A stretch of 64,000 nucleotides of DNA from Entomortierella parvispora E1425 (GCA_020891255.1 BQFW01000015.1:1054001-1118000), one strand, 5' to 3'. Counted from the stretch's first letter, positions 25,635 to 38,332 are shown. Notes: generated by a model not told the origin, from the letters alone. Numbers and translations: made by a program.

Positions 25635-28600
25635 ATGGACGATAGAAACAGCCATAAACGACGCCTCCCTGAAGATGATACAGCGCATATCCAGACTGGT
25701 AGTCTGCCAGTGAATGGCAATGCTGCACCCTATACGCCTCCACCCAACAAGCGACTCAATTCTCATCCCGGAAGCGGGAACTCTAGTCCTCGAACTCCAA
25801 CCAAAGAAGATGGCGAGCCGATGACTGCGGCAGAGGTAATGAAGTGAACTATGGGAAAGTCGAGTATTGGCGGAGCGCGATGAGGTAACACGGACAAAGG
25901 CGGTACTAACAGGAATTTGGATATCATTGTTGTGCCATAGGAGATTCTTCTCAATTTTCAAAAGGAGGCCATCTGGAGACAAATGCAAGAGTATTTGCGG
26001 GAAATTGGTCGATCAAATGAGAGGATAAACAAGGCGGAAAAGAGTCAAGGTCAACAGGATGCCATTCTCTCTACGGCGGACTCGTTCTGGAGCAAGGTAG
26101 ATTTGCTTGCCTCAATGTAGAATGTTGTTCAGTAATAGTTTGGAACCCATATTAACGAGTGTAATCTGTTCAACAACACAGCTTCTTCAAGACTTGTTGA
26201 CCATGGTTGAGCAGTCAAAGATTCCACTAAAGTCAACTGATCTTAATGCAGCAGGTATGAAATCTTGCGATCTGGCTAGTCGTGCGCAAAGCGAGGCGAT
26301 CATTTTTGTAATCACTGACTGTGTATCTTGAATGACCAGGCATGAAGGAGTTCTCATCAGCGATACTGGATTCTGCCATCGACGGGAGTCATCAGGAAAT
26401 CAGGAATCTGACATTAGGAGCCATCAATCCTGCAGTTGGGGTTGGCTCCAAACAAGTCAAGGATGTTACTTTGGGACTGCTGCGCTTAATCGAATCGTGG
26501 TCGCAGGACCGCACCAACTTCCGGACAGAATTAGCAGGACCAGGTAATTTATTTTAACGAGGATGACATAGGCCCTTGGAGGCTCGTAGAGTTTGTTGGA
26601 TCTCTGAGCGTTAACATCTAGTGTGGCTGCTCTTTCTAGGACTGAGTGTAGAAGGTAGTGCAGCAGTCCAAATTCTCGCCCAGGAGCACACCACCATTAT
26701 TCAACACAACGAAAAGCTGCAGATGGATATCGATCGCTTGCAGGCAAACTGTCATATGTTCGCAGACCAAGTGTCGAGGCTTAAAAATATGCTGGAAATG
26801 ACAAAGAACCGACTCAAGGAGTCAGCCCTAGAATTGGATACCTCAAGATCACGGATTCGTCGGATAGAGCAACGGCTTAATGCACAAAATGGCGAATCTC
26901 TGAACGGCGTCGTAGCGGATGGTCAAGTCGGATCACCCGGAGTAGCCACCCCTTCAACATCAGAACTGATCGATCTGAGCGAAGCATCTCGAGAGGAATT
27001 GCTTCAATACCGACGACTCGCCGTCTCTCGTTTATCGGAGGTGGAGGAAATGAAGGCGCAACGGACCATGCTACACGAGGAGCTGGAGAAGGTCAAGGCT
27101 CAGCTGAGTCGAATTCCGGATGAGAAGCTTCAAGATTCTGAACATGTACGAGCGGTTTTGGTTCAAATGCAGAATCTCCGATACGAAGCAGACTACCAGC
27201 GCTCAGTATCTACGACGCTGAAATCAGAGCTGGATGACCTTCACGCAAGTCGTCGTAAATTCGTGGACACTCTTGAGAACGAGGAAAAAAACCGTCGGGC
27301 GACTCTTGAAGCAGAATTGAAAAAACTGGAGAGCGACATTTCTCGCGTTCGGGACAGTCGGGATCGTTTTCAGCAAATGTACGAGAACAGGTGTACCAAA
27401 GACGACTATGAGATGCAGCAGAATCAGGAAATTCGGAAAATCGCCAACACCCGAAAGGTAAACCCTCAGTTCTTGTTTTTGGACATTTGTTCATGGAAAG
27501 TCATTTTGTCAAGAAATCATATATATCTCACACGCCATCTTTTACTATTCAGGATCGCATCACTACCTTGTCAGCCGATATTCAGCGTCTTCAAACAATG
27601 TTGGCAACGGATGCAGACGACAGCGACCCCTACGCCTTTTGTTATAAGGGACCAAACGACAAGTCTGTGTTGACTGACCTGCAGAGCAAATGGACCGCTT
27701 CAGAAGGCCGTCTGCGCGAATTGAGTCTTGAGCTGGAAGCCTATAAGGAGGCTCTGTCACAGGCCCGGAGTTTGGAAGAGGTAGCAGCATCTGAAAGTGC
27801 TCTTCGGGAACAGACTCAAGACCTCAGCTCCAAGATAGCGACTCTTGAGGGCGTTGTAGGGTCTGATGCCAATGATGAGGTCAAGAGCCTCGTGGCCACG
27901 GTAGAGTCCAATGACAGGACGATTCGGCGTTTGGAATATTGCGTGCAAGCTCACGAGGCTGTGCAAGCCCCTCTATTGAATGAGCTTCACACGGTGGCTA
28001 CTGCTTGGGGACAACTGGAGGAGGCCACATCCCGCAAAGCCATCGATCTCGCTCAAAAGGAGGACCTGATCTTCAAACTCTTGTCGGATAAAACACGCCA
28101 AGAAGCTAAGTGCAGCACCCTTGTCCGCGCGAAGGAACAGAGTACAAACATGACCGCTGTCATGAAGAGACAGTCCGACTTGCAATTGGAGCAGATCAAG
28201 AGGCTAGAGGAACGCGAGAATGCATCGAATGCACTAGTGGTAAGTTCCATACCCTTGAATGACTGTTCGTCTGTCTGTCTGTCTATCTGTCTGTCTATCT
28301 GTCTGCGGATTCTTTTGAGATGCTTACTCACTCCCCGATTTCTTTTCTATATTAATAGGCTGCAGGCGAGAAGGAGCAGACGAAACTTAGCAGCGAGGTT
28401 GTTCTTCAAAAGTCGCGGTTGCAGGAGTTTACTCAACAAAACGCGAACCTCAAGGAAAAATTCACGAAGCAAGAAGAGATGTTGTCAGAGCTGCAGGTAG
28501 TGCTAAAGGAAAGGACGGATGCGTTTGAGGCCGAAGCCATTGCCCGCAAGCGCCTTTTGGAAGAGGCAGAGCCCCTGAAGCGCAAGCTGGAGGAGCAAGC

Positions 28601-28832
28601 CAAGAAGCCCGAGGGCTCGAGTGATTCTGAGGCGGTGAAGCAAGCAGCACGGTATCTGCAGCTTCTCAAGTGTCCAGCTTGCGATGTGAACTTCAAGTCA
28701 CATGTGATTCTGCGCTGCATGCACGTCTTTTGCAAGAGCTGCACAGACAAACTGGTGGAGATCCGTCAGCGAAAGTGCCCGACCTGCCGCGAGAGTTTTG
28801 GTGCCAACGACGTGAAAGAGATCTACCTCTGA
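25635..28832 (+). CDS. BRE1: E3 ubiquitin ligase Bre1 (histone H2B monoubiquitination)
   Basis: 7 exons with GT-AG introns. N-terminal FQKEAIWRQMQEY block, extended coiled coils, and C-terminal RING CPACDVNFKSHVILRCMHVFCKSC...RQRKCPTC. Confidence 0.93.
28269..28305 (+). repeat. (TGTC)n microsatellite with TATC variants, in a BRE1 intron
   Basis: gtctgtctgtctgtctatctgtctgtctatctgtctg is read directly from the sequence. Confidence 0.9.
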
Positions 28833-29225
28833 AAGATAGAAGGGGAAGATCCATTTTTTCTATTTATGTTCATTGCCTCATTCTGTGTATTTGTACCATC
28901 ACCCTCATTATTCCGCCCCTTCATCCCTTCTACCCTTGTAATCGTAGTTGTAATAGAATCATTGACGATGAAAACAGTAAGACCTGATGTTTATGAATCG
29001 AAGTGAGAGAGATTAAAACCTAAGAGAGGGAGGGAGAGAGAGAGCGTGCAAGAGAGCTGACATCAACTTTTGCTGAGAGTGTAGCATGGATATGGCGTGT
29101 CAAATCTGCAAGTGACCATGTCCACTTTCCCATGCGGCCAAGAATTGAAGAGATAAAGAGAGGAAACGAGGAACAAAAAGAAAGGAAGAGAGGAAGACTG
29201 AGTGTCTGCACTCTGCAGGTATCTC

Positions 29226-29227
<2 letters not shown>

Positions 29228-29256
<29 letters not shown>

Positions 29257-29257
29257 G
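29228..29257 (+). repeat. (TGTC)n microsatellite upstream of the septin ATG
   Basis: tgtctgtctgtctgtctgtctgtctatctg is read directly from the sequence. Confidence 0.9.
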
Positions 29258-29566
29258 CCTCTTCACCTCTGCACACGGTCCAGCCTACCGATGCACCAAA
29301 ACAGAGAAAGGAAGGCCTCCCTCTCATTCTGTCCCAGCCTGCCAGCCTGTCCCACCAGCGCAATTTATATCTTCAACAGAGCATTTCCAGGCCGAGAGAC
29401 GTCTCATCTCTTTTTTTAACCCATCATCTTGCTTCTTTTTTTTTCATCTCCATCTCTCCATCTTGCTTCCTTCCTTCTCCTTCATCCCCATCCTACCTCT
29501 TCCTTCCTTCCTTTTCTCCATTCCTTATCCTCCCTCACTTCACCCACTCGCTTAAATCTAAACACA

Positions 29567-31583
29567 ATGGCTCACGTAAGAGACGGGGCTTGCATCGACC
29601 TTCCTGCTCGTTTGTGCCAAAACACGACTTTTTCATCTGACCCAGGTTCACTCACCACTTCACCCTCCTCCCCTTTCCACCATCCCATCCCAATAGCGCA
29701 TTGGACGCAGAAAGAACGTCAAGAAGGGATTTCAGTTCACTCTGATGGTTGTCGGTAAGCAAATCGAGTCCATCTGTTTTCCTCCGTTGCACATTGAATA
29801 TCGGAACACATGGGCCAACAGTCGGTCGTTCCAAAGATGCACGGATGTTCACATGCACGCGCATTCTGTCCGTCCGTTCGTCTGTCCCTGAGCCAATACG
29901 TCCAATACTAATGGTTATCTCCCTATTGCCCGTTCAAAGGCGCCTCGGGTCTTGGTCGCACCACCTTTGTCAACACGCTGTGCGATGCTGATGTTGTTCC
30001 CAAGCGCGAGTCGGACGAGCCAGAGATGGCCCATATTGAGGAGGGCATCAAGATCAAGCCCTACACCGTCGGTATGCTCCGGACCGTGCCTATAGCTTTT
30101 ATCATCGTTCGCAGTTGCCCCAGTCTAGCATGCAACGGTACTAACTCTGTTTTCAACCTGTAGAACTCGATGAGGATGGTGTCAAGATCTCGCTCACTGT
30201 TGTCGATACCCCTGGCTTTGGAGACATGATTGATAATGAGCATTGGTAAGCCTGAAAGCATCCTATCTGGGGACGAAAGAGTGCAGTGATAATGCTACAG
30301 GGACCAATGGTCAGCATGACTGCCCTGCGTCTCTCGCCTTTTCGGCAAAAGGAATCGTCATGGATGGTCTGGATTCAAGGGGATAGAGAAATGACCTCCC
30401 ATTGCGAGAAAAAAAAAATATCCAATCGTCACGAAGGGTGTCCTTGTCCTTGCTCTAACCGCCTCCATTTTTCCCCCCTCAACCCCATCACCCCATCACC
30501 CCATCTACAGCTTTCAGGAGATTCTCGGATATCTGGAACGACAGTACGATGACATTTTGTCGGAAGAGTCCAGGATTAAGCGTAATCCCCGCTTCCGTGA
30601 TAACCGTGTTCACGCCCTGCTCTACTTTATCACCCCCACTGGCCACAGGTACAGTGCATGGTTTCATCAGACGTGAAATGGCCAACTGAGCTCTTTGAGG
30701 AATGTGAACTGATGTTGTTCAATTGTTCTGTTGTATCGTTAGCCTGAGAGAGATTGACATTGAGCTGATGAGACGCCTGAGCCCCAGAATCAATGTCATT
30801 CCTGTCATTGGAAAGGCCGATACCTTCACCCCTGTGGAACTGGCCGAGTTCAAGAAGAGAGTATGTCCAAATCAGCGATGGATTCGACGCAGCTCTTGTT
30901 GTTGTTAAACAGAGCATGCCCAACTTACACGCCTTATTCCCGCTTATCTTCTAGGTTATGGAGGACATTGAGCACCACAACATCCCAATCTACAACTTCC
31001 CTTATGATCCCGAGGAGGATGATGAGGAGACCATCGAGGAGAACAGTGAGCTGCGATCGTTGCTTCCCTTTGCTCTCATTGGTTGCGAAGAGGAGATCAT
31101 CGTGAACGGTCGTAAGGTCCGTGGTCGACAGTACCCCTGGGGCATTGTCGAGGTCGACAATACCCAGCACTGCGACTTTGCCAAGTTGCGTTTCGCATTG
31201 CTCAGGTATGTCAACAACGCACTCACAATTAGCAGAAGAGGCAGATGAGAGCAAACTCTTGAGAGTGAGAGACGAAAGCAGTGGGCTCTCGTCCACTGTA
31301 TTTTGCATTTGCAGTTCCGTCCACGAACTGAACGGGGAGAGATGAAGTGCAGAGCATCTTTTTTTTTTTTTTTTTTGGTTCCTAAAGAAAGATGTGTTGA
31401 GCAAGAGAAACCACAGGTACCCTATAGGGGTGGATGAAGAATTAGAACTGACTGTATTGATCTTGTTTCCTTGGATAATATAGCTCTCACTTGCAGGACC
31501 TCAAGGAGATCACCCACGACTACTTGTACGAGAACTACCGTACCGAGAAGTTGTCTCGTAGCGCGGAGAACTTGTCCGAGTAA
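29567..31583 (+). CDS. CDC11: Septin, Cdc11/AspA-type GTPase domain, short C-terminus
   Basis: 8 exons: MAH / RIGRRKNVKKGFQFTLMVVG / ASGLGRTTFVNTLC / SLTVVDTPGFGD / DNRVHALLYFITPTGH / NVIPVIGKADT / LPFALIG...GRQYPWG..VDNTQHCDF / SHLQDLKEITHDYLYENYRTEKL. The septin family call is certain; the subtype is inferred from GRTTFVNTLC. Confidence 0.9.
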
Positions 31584-31976
31584 AACAAGAAATAGAAGAC
31601 AGAGGCGGCACGAAAGGAGGAAGGATAGGAGGAGGGGATTGTTCTGCCTGGCTGCAGATATCGTTATCTCTGTTTTTTCCTATTTCCTTTTTTTTCGCTG
31701 ACAAGTACCTGATTCTCGAGTTTTTACCATGGGCTACAATTCGCTTTTCCTTTACACCGCACAATATTGTTTCTATGATCCCCCCAAAGTCCACAGCGAC
31801 GCGCTTTTTTAATTTACCTCTTCAACTATACACAATAAAGAACGTTGGCCGTCTGACCATGGTGCCATGGCAACACAAGGAGAAGGGCCCAGTGACTGTG
31901 TTTCGTTTGCCAGAGGTCTTTCTTTTGTCAGTCTCTTATACCTTCTTCACAACCTTCACGACACTAATCACGCACC

Positions 31977-33232
31977 ATGGCAACCCAAGAATCGACATCT
32001 GTACACTCGTTTGTGGTTCCAGTCAAATGCATCAAGGATGAGGCCAAAGACTTGCCATTTTTCCAGCATTCAGAGGCGTACGCGCGCATCATGTCCTACA
32101 TTCAGGCCCTGAACACCGCAGTCTTGAACAAAAAAGTCTCGGATGCATCCATATCCGTGTCAGAGGTAACTCGCTCAAAAAGTTGCTCTTTGTTGGGTTA
32201 TCAATGCTGATGGGGAAAGTCCTCCCTCATTATAATCTTTCCTGTTTGTCTTCTTGTCAAGCAAGCCGCACTGACGTGTCTTTGTTTTTTATTGCGTTTC
32301 TCTCTAGCCCGTCAAAAAAATCCTCAGTCTTCTCGATACCCTGGACCAATGGATTGAGCTTATCCCACCCAAGGCAGATCCTCAGCGGTTTGGCAACCTC
32401 GCCTTCCGGGATTACATTCACATGTTTGAGGAGAAGGCGCACACGCTCCTAGAGACACTCTTGCCGACTGAGCTTTCACCCGCGATCAAGGAGCTGGCAC
32501 CTTATTTGACACAGAGCATGGGTCATGGGACACGGATCGACTATGGATCAGGTCACGAGCTTTCGTTTGTGGCGTGGCTGTGCTGTCTGGAGATTACTGG
32601 GTTCTTGCACAGAACGGACCATCCCGCAGTGGTGTTGAGGGTCTTTGTCAGATATCTGGACCTGGTCAGAAAACTACAGAGGACGTATCATTTGGAGCCA
32701 GCAGGCAGTCATGGCGTCTGGGGATTGGATGATTACCAGTTCTTGCCGTACCTCTGGGGAAGCTCACAGCTGAGAGATCATCCAAGGTTAAAGCCCATTG
32801 CTATCATGCAGAAGCCATTGCTGGAGGATTTCGCGTCCGACTATCTGTATTTTGCAGCGATCTTGTCGATTCATCAGGTAAGGCAATATAAAAGAGAAAG
32901 AAACGGGCTTTCCTACCTCAAAGAAGAGAGTCTTTTACAATGAGAAAACGTCAGGGATTTCCGACAGTTTACACAGTATTTCCGTGATGAACAACCTATT
33001 TGACACATCGGTTTTGTAATACTAGACAAAGAGAGGACCTTTCCATGAACATTCACCAGTCCTGTTCGAAATCTCAGGGGTCCCTCACTGGACCAAGGTC
33101 AATTCGGGTATGATCAAGATGTACAAGGCTGAGGTGCTGAACAAGTTCCCAGTGGTCCAACATTTGCTCTTTGGCACTCTTTTGCCTTGGAGAGAGGCTG
33201 ACCTCCCAGAAATTGAAGCTGCAAACCAGTGA
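31977..33232 (+). CDS. PTPA: Serine/threonine phosphatase 2A activator (PTPA / Rrd1-Rrd2 family)
   Basis: 3 exons. Motifs: [101 protein letters not shown]. Confidence 0.95.
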
Positions 33233-33352
33233 AAATAAAGATATCAAAAACACGTGATGCCACGCGTTCCTGAAGCTCTGGAAGGCTGACCTCGAGCACT
33301 TTTGTCCTCATTACGATCTCTCATCAGCCCATCAGGAATCTCGGGATCAAAA

Positions 33353-34795
33353 ATGGCACTGATGCTCCGATCCCACATCCCAGGAGGCCCTCATCCATGG
33401 CATGGTGTCATTTCCGTTCATTCCGCTCCATTCAGGCGCCTTCAGCCCTTCTCGCTAAAGTCCTTGTCTTTTGCGTTTCAGCAACCTTCCGCCTTTGTTC
33501 AGCCCACGATCCCGTCCTCTCTAGCAAGGGCTTTTGCAACGTCGTTCTGTGTCAATAAGGAAAACTTGAAAGCAGAGATTGGGAAGGCCAGACGTTCCAG
33601 AGGAGATTTCTGGACTGAGGAAGAAGACGCGTTCATCAAGGACCTGCTACTCACGAAGCGTGCCTCCACAAGAGAGGTCCATGAGAAATATTTGCCCCTC
33701 CGGACTCGGAAAGCCATCCTCTATCGTCGCTGCGTCCTAACTCCTCCAGATAAGCGAACCCCCAAGGGTCTTGGTCGATGGACTGCAGATGATGATGAAC
33801 GACTTCGACGACTCTTTTTTGATGAAGGCTGGAGCGTCGCCCATATTCTACCGCAGTTCCCCTCGAAGACCGCCGACGCCATAACTGGCCGATGCACCAA
33901 ATTGAGGTTGATGGATGGAGTGCGAAGGACCAACTGGTCCGCGGAGGATGATGCGCAATTGGTGGGGTTTATTCGGCAGAATGACTGGATCGGGGCCATG
34001 CATGCATTCCCGTACAGGAGTGGTAGCAGCCTTAGTACTCGGTATTATGGGCACTTGAAAGAAAGGCAAAAGCAGCAAGAGTCGGAAAGGGAAGAGCAGC
34101 GAACAGGAGATGATGATTCTGTTACTACTGAAGTACTTGTCAAAAGACGCCGCGTGAACTTGAGCAGCGAAACATCGAAACCACATCGTTTTCATCGTTG
34201 GACCCCGGAGGAAGACGCCTTACTATTGAAATATATTGAGGCCACTCCCAAAGGGACCAACCGCTATTGGAAGGTAATTGCGGAACGATTCAAGAGAAAG
34301 CCAGAGAGTCCCACATTTTTTTTCCCGGGTGCTGTACGTTCAAGATACAAGAATCTTATGGCCAAAATGACCACCAACAGCGGCCCTTGGGGGGAGGAGG
34401 AGAAGAAAAGGCTAGAAGCAGCTGTGCAGGAGCAAATTGGAGGGGGATACAGGCCCTTCATTGAGCTATCGGCAGCGGCCTCTGGCAAAGTTCGGAAGAC
34501 CTTGGACAGTGATGGTTTGAATCCTCTAAAGCTAGGGTCGAAAGAGCTGTTGTCAATTCAATGGGCAGAAGTTGCAAAGAAAGTTGGGACGAGAGTAGGC
34601 CAAGCCTGTCGAGCTCAGTTCTACGCGAACTACACCACAGGGTTACACGGGAGATGGTCTCCGGAGGAGACAGAAAAACTCTTGAGTGGATACAGGAAGT
34701 TTGGCCACAACGTTGAAGCCATCGCGCGGTTTTTAGGCACGCGTGGACCAACGCAAATTCGCAAGAAATTGATCCACTTGGAACCCTTAAGATAG
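33353..34795 (+). CDS. Intronless protein with six Myb/SANT-like repeats and a mitochondrial-presequence-like N-terminus
   Basis: Single ORF of 480 aa from the first ATG. Repeats begin FWTEEEDAFI, RWTADDDERL, NWSAEDDAQL, RWTPEEDALL, PWGEEEKKRL and RWSPEETEKL, with helix-3 signatures (LPLRT, FPSKT, FPYRS, VGTR, LGTR). Confidence 0.85.
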   Translation: MALMLRSHIPGGPHPWHGVISVHSAPFRRLQPFSLKSLSFAFQQPSAFVQPTIPSSLARAFATSFCVNKENLKAEIGKARRSRGDFWTEEEDAFIKDLLLTKRASTREVHEKYLPLRTRKAILYRRCVLTPPDKRTPKGLGRWTADDDERLRRLFFDEGWSVAHILPQFPSKTADAITGRCTKLRLMDGVRRTNWSAEDDAQLVGFIRQNDWIGAMHAFPYRSGSSLSTRYYGHLKERQKQQESEREEQRTGDDDSVTTEVLVKRRRVNLSSETSKPHRFHRWTPEEDALLLKYIEATPKGTNRYWKVIAERFKRKPESPTFFFPGAVRSRYKNLMAKMTTNSGPWGEEEKKRLEAAVQEQIGGGYRPFIELSAAASGKVRKTLDSDGLNPLKLGSKELLSIQWAEVAKKVGTRVGQACRAQFYANYTTGLHGRWSPEETEKLLSGYRKFGHNVEAIARFLGTRGPTQIRKKLIHLEPLR

Positions 34796-34854
34796 CCAAT
34801 AAAAAGGGTCCGGTGCCTTGTGCTTTTCTTGACCCCCATCTTTTAATGCTAACC

Positions 34855-35998
34855 ATGAGCGAGGGCGAGGTTGTCATCCTGGAAAATGAAGTAGAATCAG
34901 AACACCACAAGTACATGCGAATCGCATTGGAGCTGGTAATTGACGACGGTCGAAATGGTCGAAATTGAGTGCGCGTATGGTCAACCACGATCGCCTTGCC
35001 ACAACCTACTAACTTGCTCCTTACAAATTAAATTTGATCTATTGCACTTTTAGGCAGAGGAAGCTCACTCGGTTGGAGAGGTACCCGTCGGTTGTGCCTT
35101 TGTTTATGGCCCCTCCAAGGAAGTCATTGGTACAGGGCGGAACCGTACTAACGAGAGTCTCAACGTAAAGGGTTCTTTGTGTGCTTGTTTATTATCAATC
35201 TTGATTGTCAGAAGCAACATGAGGAGCAGGAAGAACGACTTGATCCCTCATGTTTGACTTTTTTATTTACACTGTCCTCTTCATTCCTATTAATAACAGG
35301 GAACACGGCATGCGGAATTCGAAGGGATTGATATGATTCTCGGCCAGGAACGCTTCAGGATCTTGGCTGAAGATCCGGCCACTCATTTTTGGAAGGACGT
35401 TACTCTTTACGTGACGATCGAGCCCTGTGTCATGTGCGCCAGCGCTCTGCGTCAGATCGGTAAACAAACTAATATTCACAGGCAACGAGACAATCAGGCA
35501 GCGATCGCTCGATCGGCCACATGTCTTGGACGAAAGCATGGGCCAACTAACCTGAAGACTCTTTGTTGACAGGAATCGGGAATGTTTATTTTGGAGCTGG
35601 AAACGACCGCTTTGGGGGCAACGGATCCGTCTTTCATATCCACAAAGAGTAATTGGATTTGATTTTTGCGTGCCTGGCTGATCTTTTTATTCAGCATGTT
35701 CTGCCAAAGCTGACAATGGAGCATCTTCCTCTCCTGTTTTTTTTTACTATCACCAATTAGCGAAAACCTCCCTCACACAGGATATCCTTCAACGGGTGGA
35801 TACTTCCGGGGAGAAGCCATCATCATCCTACGAAAGTTTTATGTCGGAGAAAATACACATGGTAAAGAAAGTGTGCGCCAAGTAAACCCATACGTAGTCA
35901 TGTCTTTTTTAACCCATCCTAATTTTACCTATTGTGCTAATACTATAGCACCGGAACCAAAGAAAAAGAAAAACAGAGTCCTCAAGGAAGAAGTCTGA
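34855..35998 (+). CDS. TAD2: tRNA-specific adenosine-34 deaminase catalytic subunit
   Basis: 6 exons. Motifs: EVPVGCAFV, GRNRTNESLNGTRHAEF, LYVTIEPCVMCASAL, VYFGAGNDRFGGNGSV, LRKFYVGENTHAPEP. Confidence 0.93.
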
Positions 35999-36084
35999 TG
36001 TATACATTAAAAAGAAAAGAAAAAAAAAACTGGTAGCAAATACATGGTGGAAAATCTTCTATGCAAATGATGGGGTGAGTTGGT

Positions 36085-38332
36085 TTATTTACGCAAATGG
36101 GGAAAGACTGGCTCGCAACTGAGTTCGCTCAATCTTCTCTGTTCAGTGCCTGTGTTGGCCCATCCGCGGCCAATATGAACAAATTCCCAAGTACGCTCAT
36201 CAGGATCGATCGCCAAAATGTCTAGAATTTCGGCCGCCTTGGTGGGCATAATGGGCTGCAACATGATTCCTGCGATACGCGTTGATTCCATAGCATACCA
36301 CAGCACATCGTTCAGGCGTTCGTTATTAGCAGGGTCCTTGATGAGCTTCCATGGTGCACACTGGCTGAATGCAATGTTGGCCTAATCGAGTTGTCGATAA
36401 TATAACAGACGATATTAGGATCACGCGTCATCGTTTTCACACAAAAATAAAGGACTCGCAAGACTCAATGTTCATTACCTCTGCAAGCATAGAAAAGATG
36501 GCACTTGTTGCGCTGGTCGTCCTGTATTCTGCCATGGCCTTATCAACCATTTCAGGCAAGGTCTTCATCTTCAGGTGCAGTGCCATATCATCGGGATGGA
36601 TGTTTTTAAAGGAGGGCTGGGTGGGCACTAATCTACTTGGATTCAAGTTGACAGAGGTGGATCTGCTCAACAAGTTTCCGAGTTGACCCCCCAACAGTTT
36701 CCTGTATCTTTCGGCCACCAATTCTGATGCGTAATCTGGATGATAAAGGGGGAGAAATTTCAAGTCAGTAAAACAAGTGCTCTCGTATTTGAGCTGAAGT
36801 CATGAGTGGGCGTTTCTTGTTACCTGCATCGTCCGAAAGGCCTCCATCGTTCATAAGATAGAAGCGAATGGTATCGGTGCCAAATTCCTGCATGGCTGTG
36901 AAAGGATCGACAACATTTCCACTGCTCTTGGACATCTTCATCTTGCTCTGAGTCCAGTGAGCGTGGGCAATAATCGTCTTTGGCAATTCCATATCGGCCG
37001 CCATCAAGAAAGCAGGCCAGTAGACAGCATGGAATCGCAGAATATCCTTTCCAATGACCTGGGCATCCGCAGGCCAGCCGCCCTGAGATACAGCGCCGTT
37101 GCCGTCCTCTGTCTTGCCCCATGGGTATCCTGTCACAGTGAGATAGTTGGTGAGAGCGTCCATCCAAACGTACATGACATGGCTATCATCGCCTGGAATA
37201 GGGATTCCCCATGTAAGTCGAGATTTAGGACGCGAAACTGAGAGATCCTCAAGTCCACTCTGGAGCCATTTCTGCACCTCCGCGTATCTGCGCCGGGGGA
37301 GGATGGCCTCTGGGTTTTGGTCCAGCCATTCTAGTAATTTGTCTCTAAAAGCGCTCAGCTTGAACTTGTAGTTTTCCTCCGTCGTCCATTCAACTTTTTT
37401 TCCAGTTTCTATAGCAATCTAGAGAAAGTTCAAAAAAATAAATTACGGAAGGGGCTGACCGTTAACAATGCGTTGCCCGGTAAATGCATCCAGAGGGAGT
37501 CCTTTTTTTTTTTTTTTTTTTTTTTTGGCTTACATGATACTTTTCACCAGTCTTTTCGTTGATCTGCTCCTGTACTTGACCCGAGGGATAGAATGCCTCG
37601 TCCGATACAGAGTACCAGCCCTCATGCTGGCCTTTGTAGATGTATCCCTTTGCCCATAGCCTCTCCCACAGCTCCTTGACCGCGACAGCATGGCGAGGTT
37701 CTGTTGTCCTGATATATGTGGTGTAGCTAATGTCAGCGGCATCAAAGAGTTCCCTGAATCTCTTTGAGACAGAATCGCAAAGCTCAATCTCCTTCATGCC
37801 GGCCTGTGCTGCAGCTTGTTGGATCTAACCGAGGATGCAGCAAATAGGTATATTAGTATGAGATTTTGAGAAAGTTTCTGCCAGACTTTGGTCTATTCTT
37901 TCTCCAGTATGGCAAACCTTGAGTCCATGCTCATCCGTTCCAACGCTCATAATTGCTTTTTGGCCCTTCAACTCATGAAACCTCTTGAACGTATCTGCGA
38001 GAACTGCAGAGTGTAAATGTCCAACGTGAGGCACTACAGTAGATATTAAACAAAGATCTGATTAGATCGGAGGCGGCGAAGCAAGAGACAGCATACAGAG
38101 ACAATCAATCGAGGACTGTACCAGCATTGACATAAAAGATAGGAGTAGTGATGTAATAGGGTTTCTCTGATTGAGAAGGAGTGTTCGCTGTGCTGAACAA
38201 CGCGACTGATCGGCGGATATCCAGGAACCGAGGAGTAACAGTCGCTGGGACCAGCCTTGTAGCCGAGGACACACCTCGAAGCAGGGAGTGGCTGCGAGAA
38301 ATGTGTCTCCAGAGGGATGGCGGGGTGAGCAT
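36085..38332 (-). CDS. MSM1: Mitochondrial methionyl-tRNA synthetase
   Basis: Presequence-like N-terminus and 6 exons. Motifs: YYITTPIFYVNAVPHVGH (HIGH), GTDEHGLK, YEGWY-like HEGWYSVSDEAFY, LSVSR...WGIPIP, YVWMDALTNY, IGKDILRFHAVYWPAFL, KMSKS. Confidence 0.94.
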
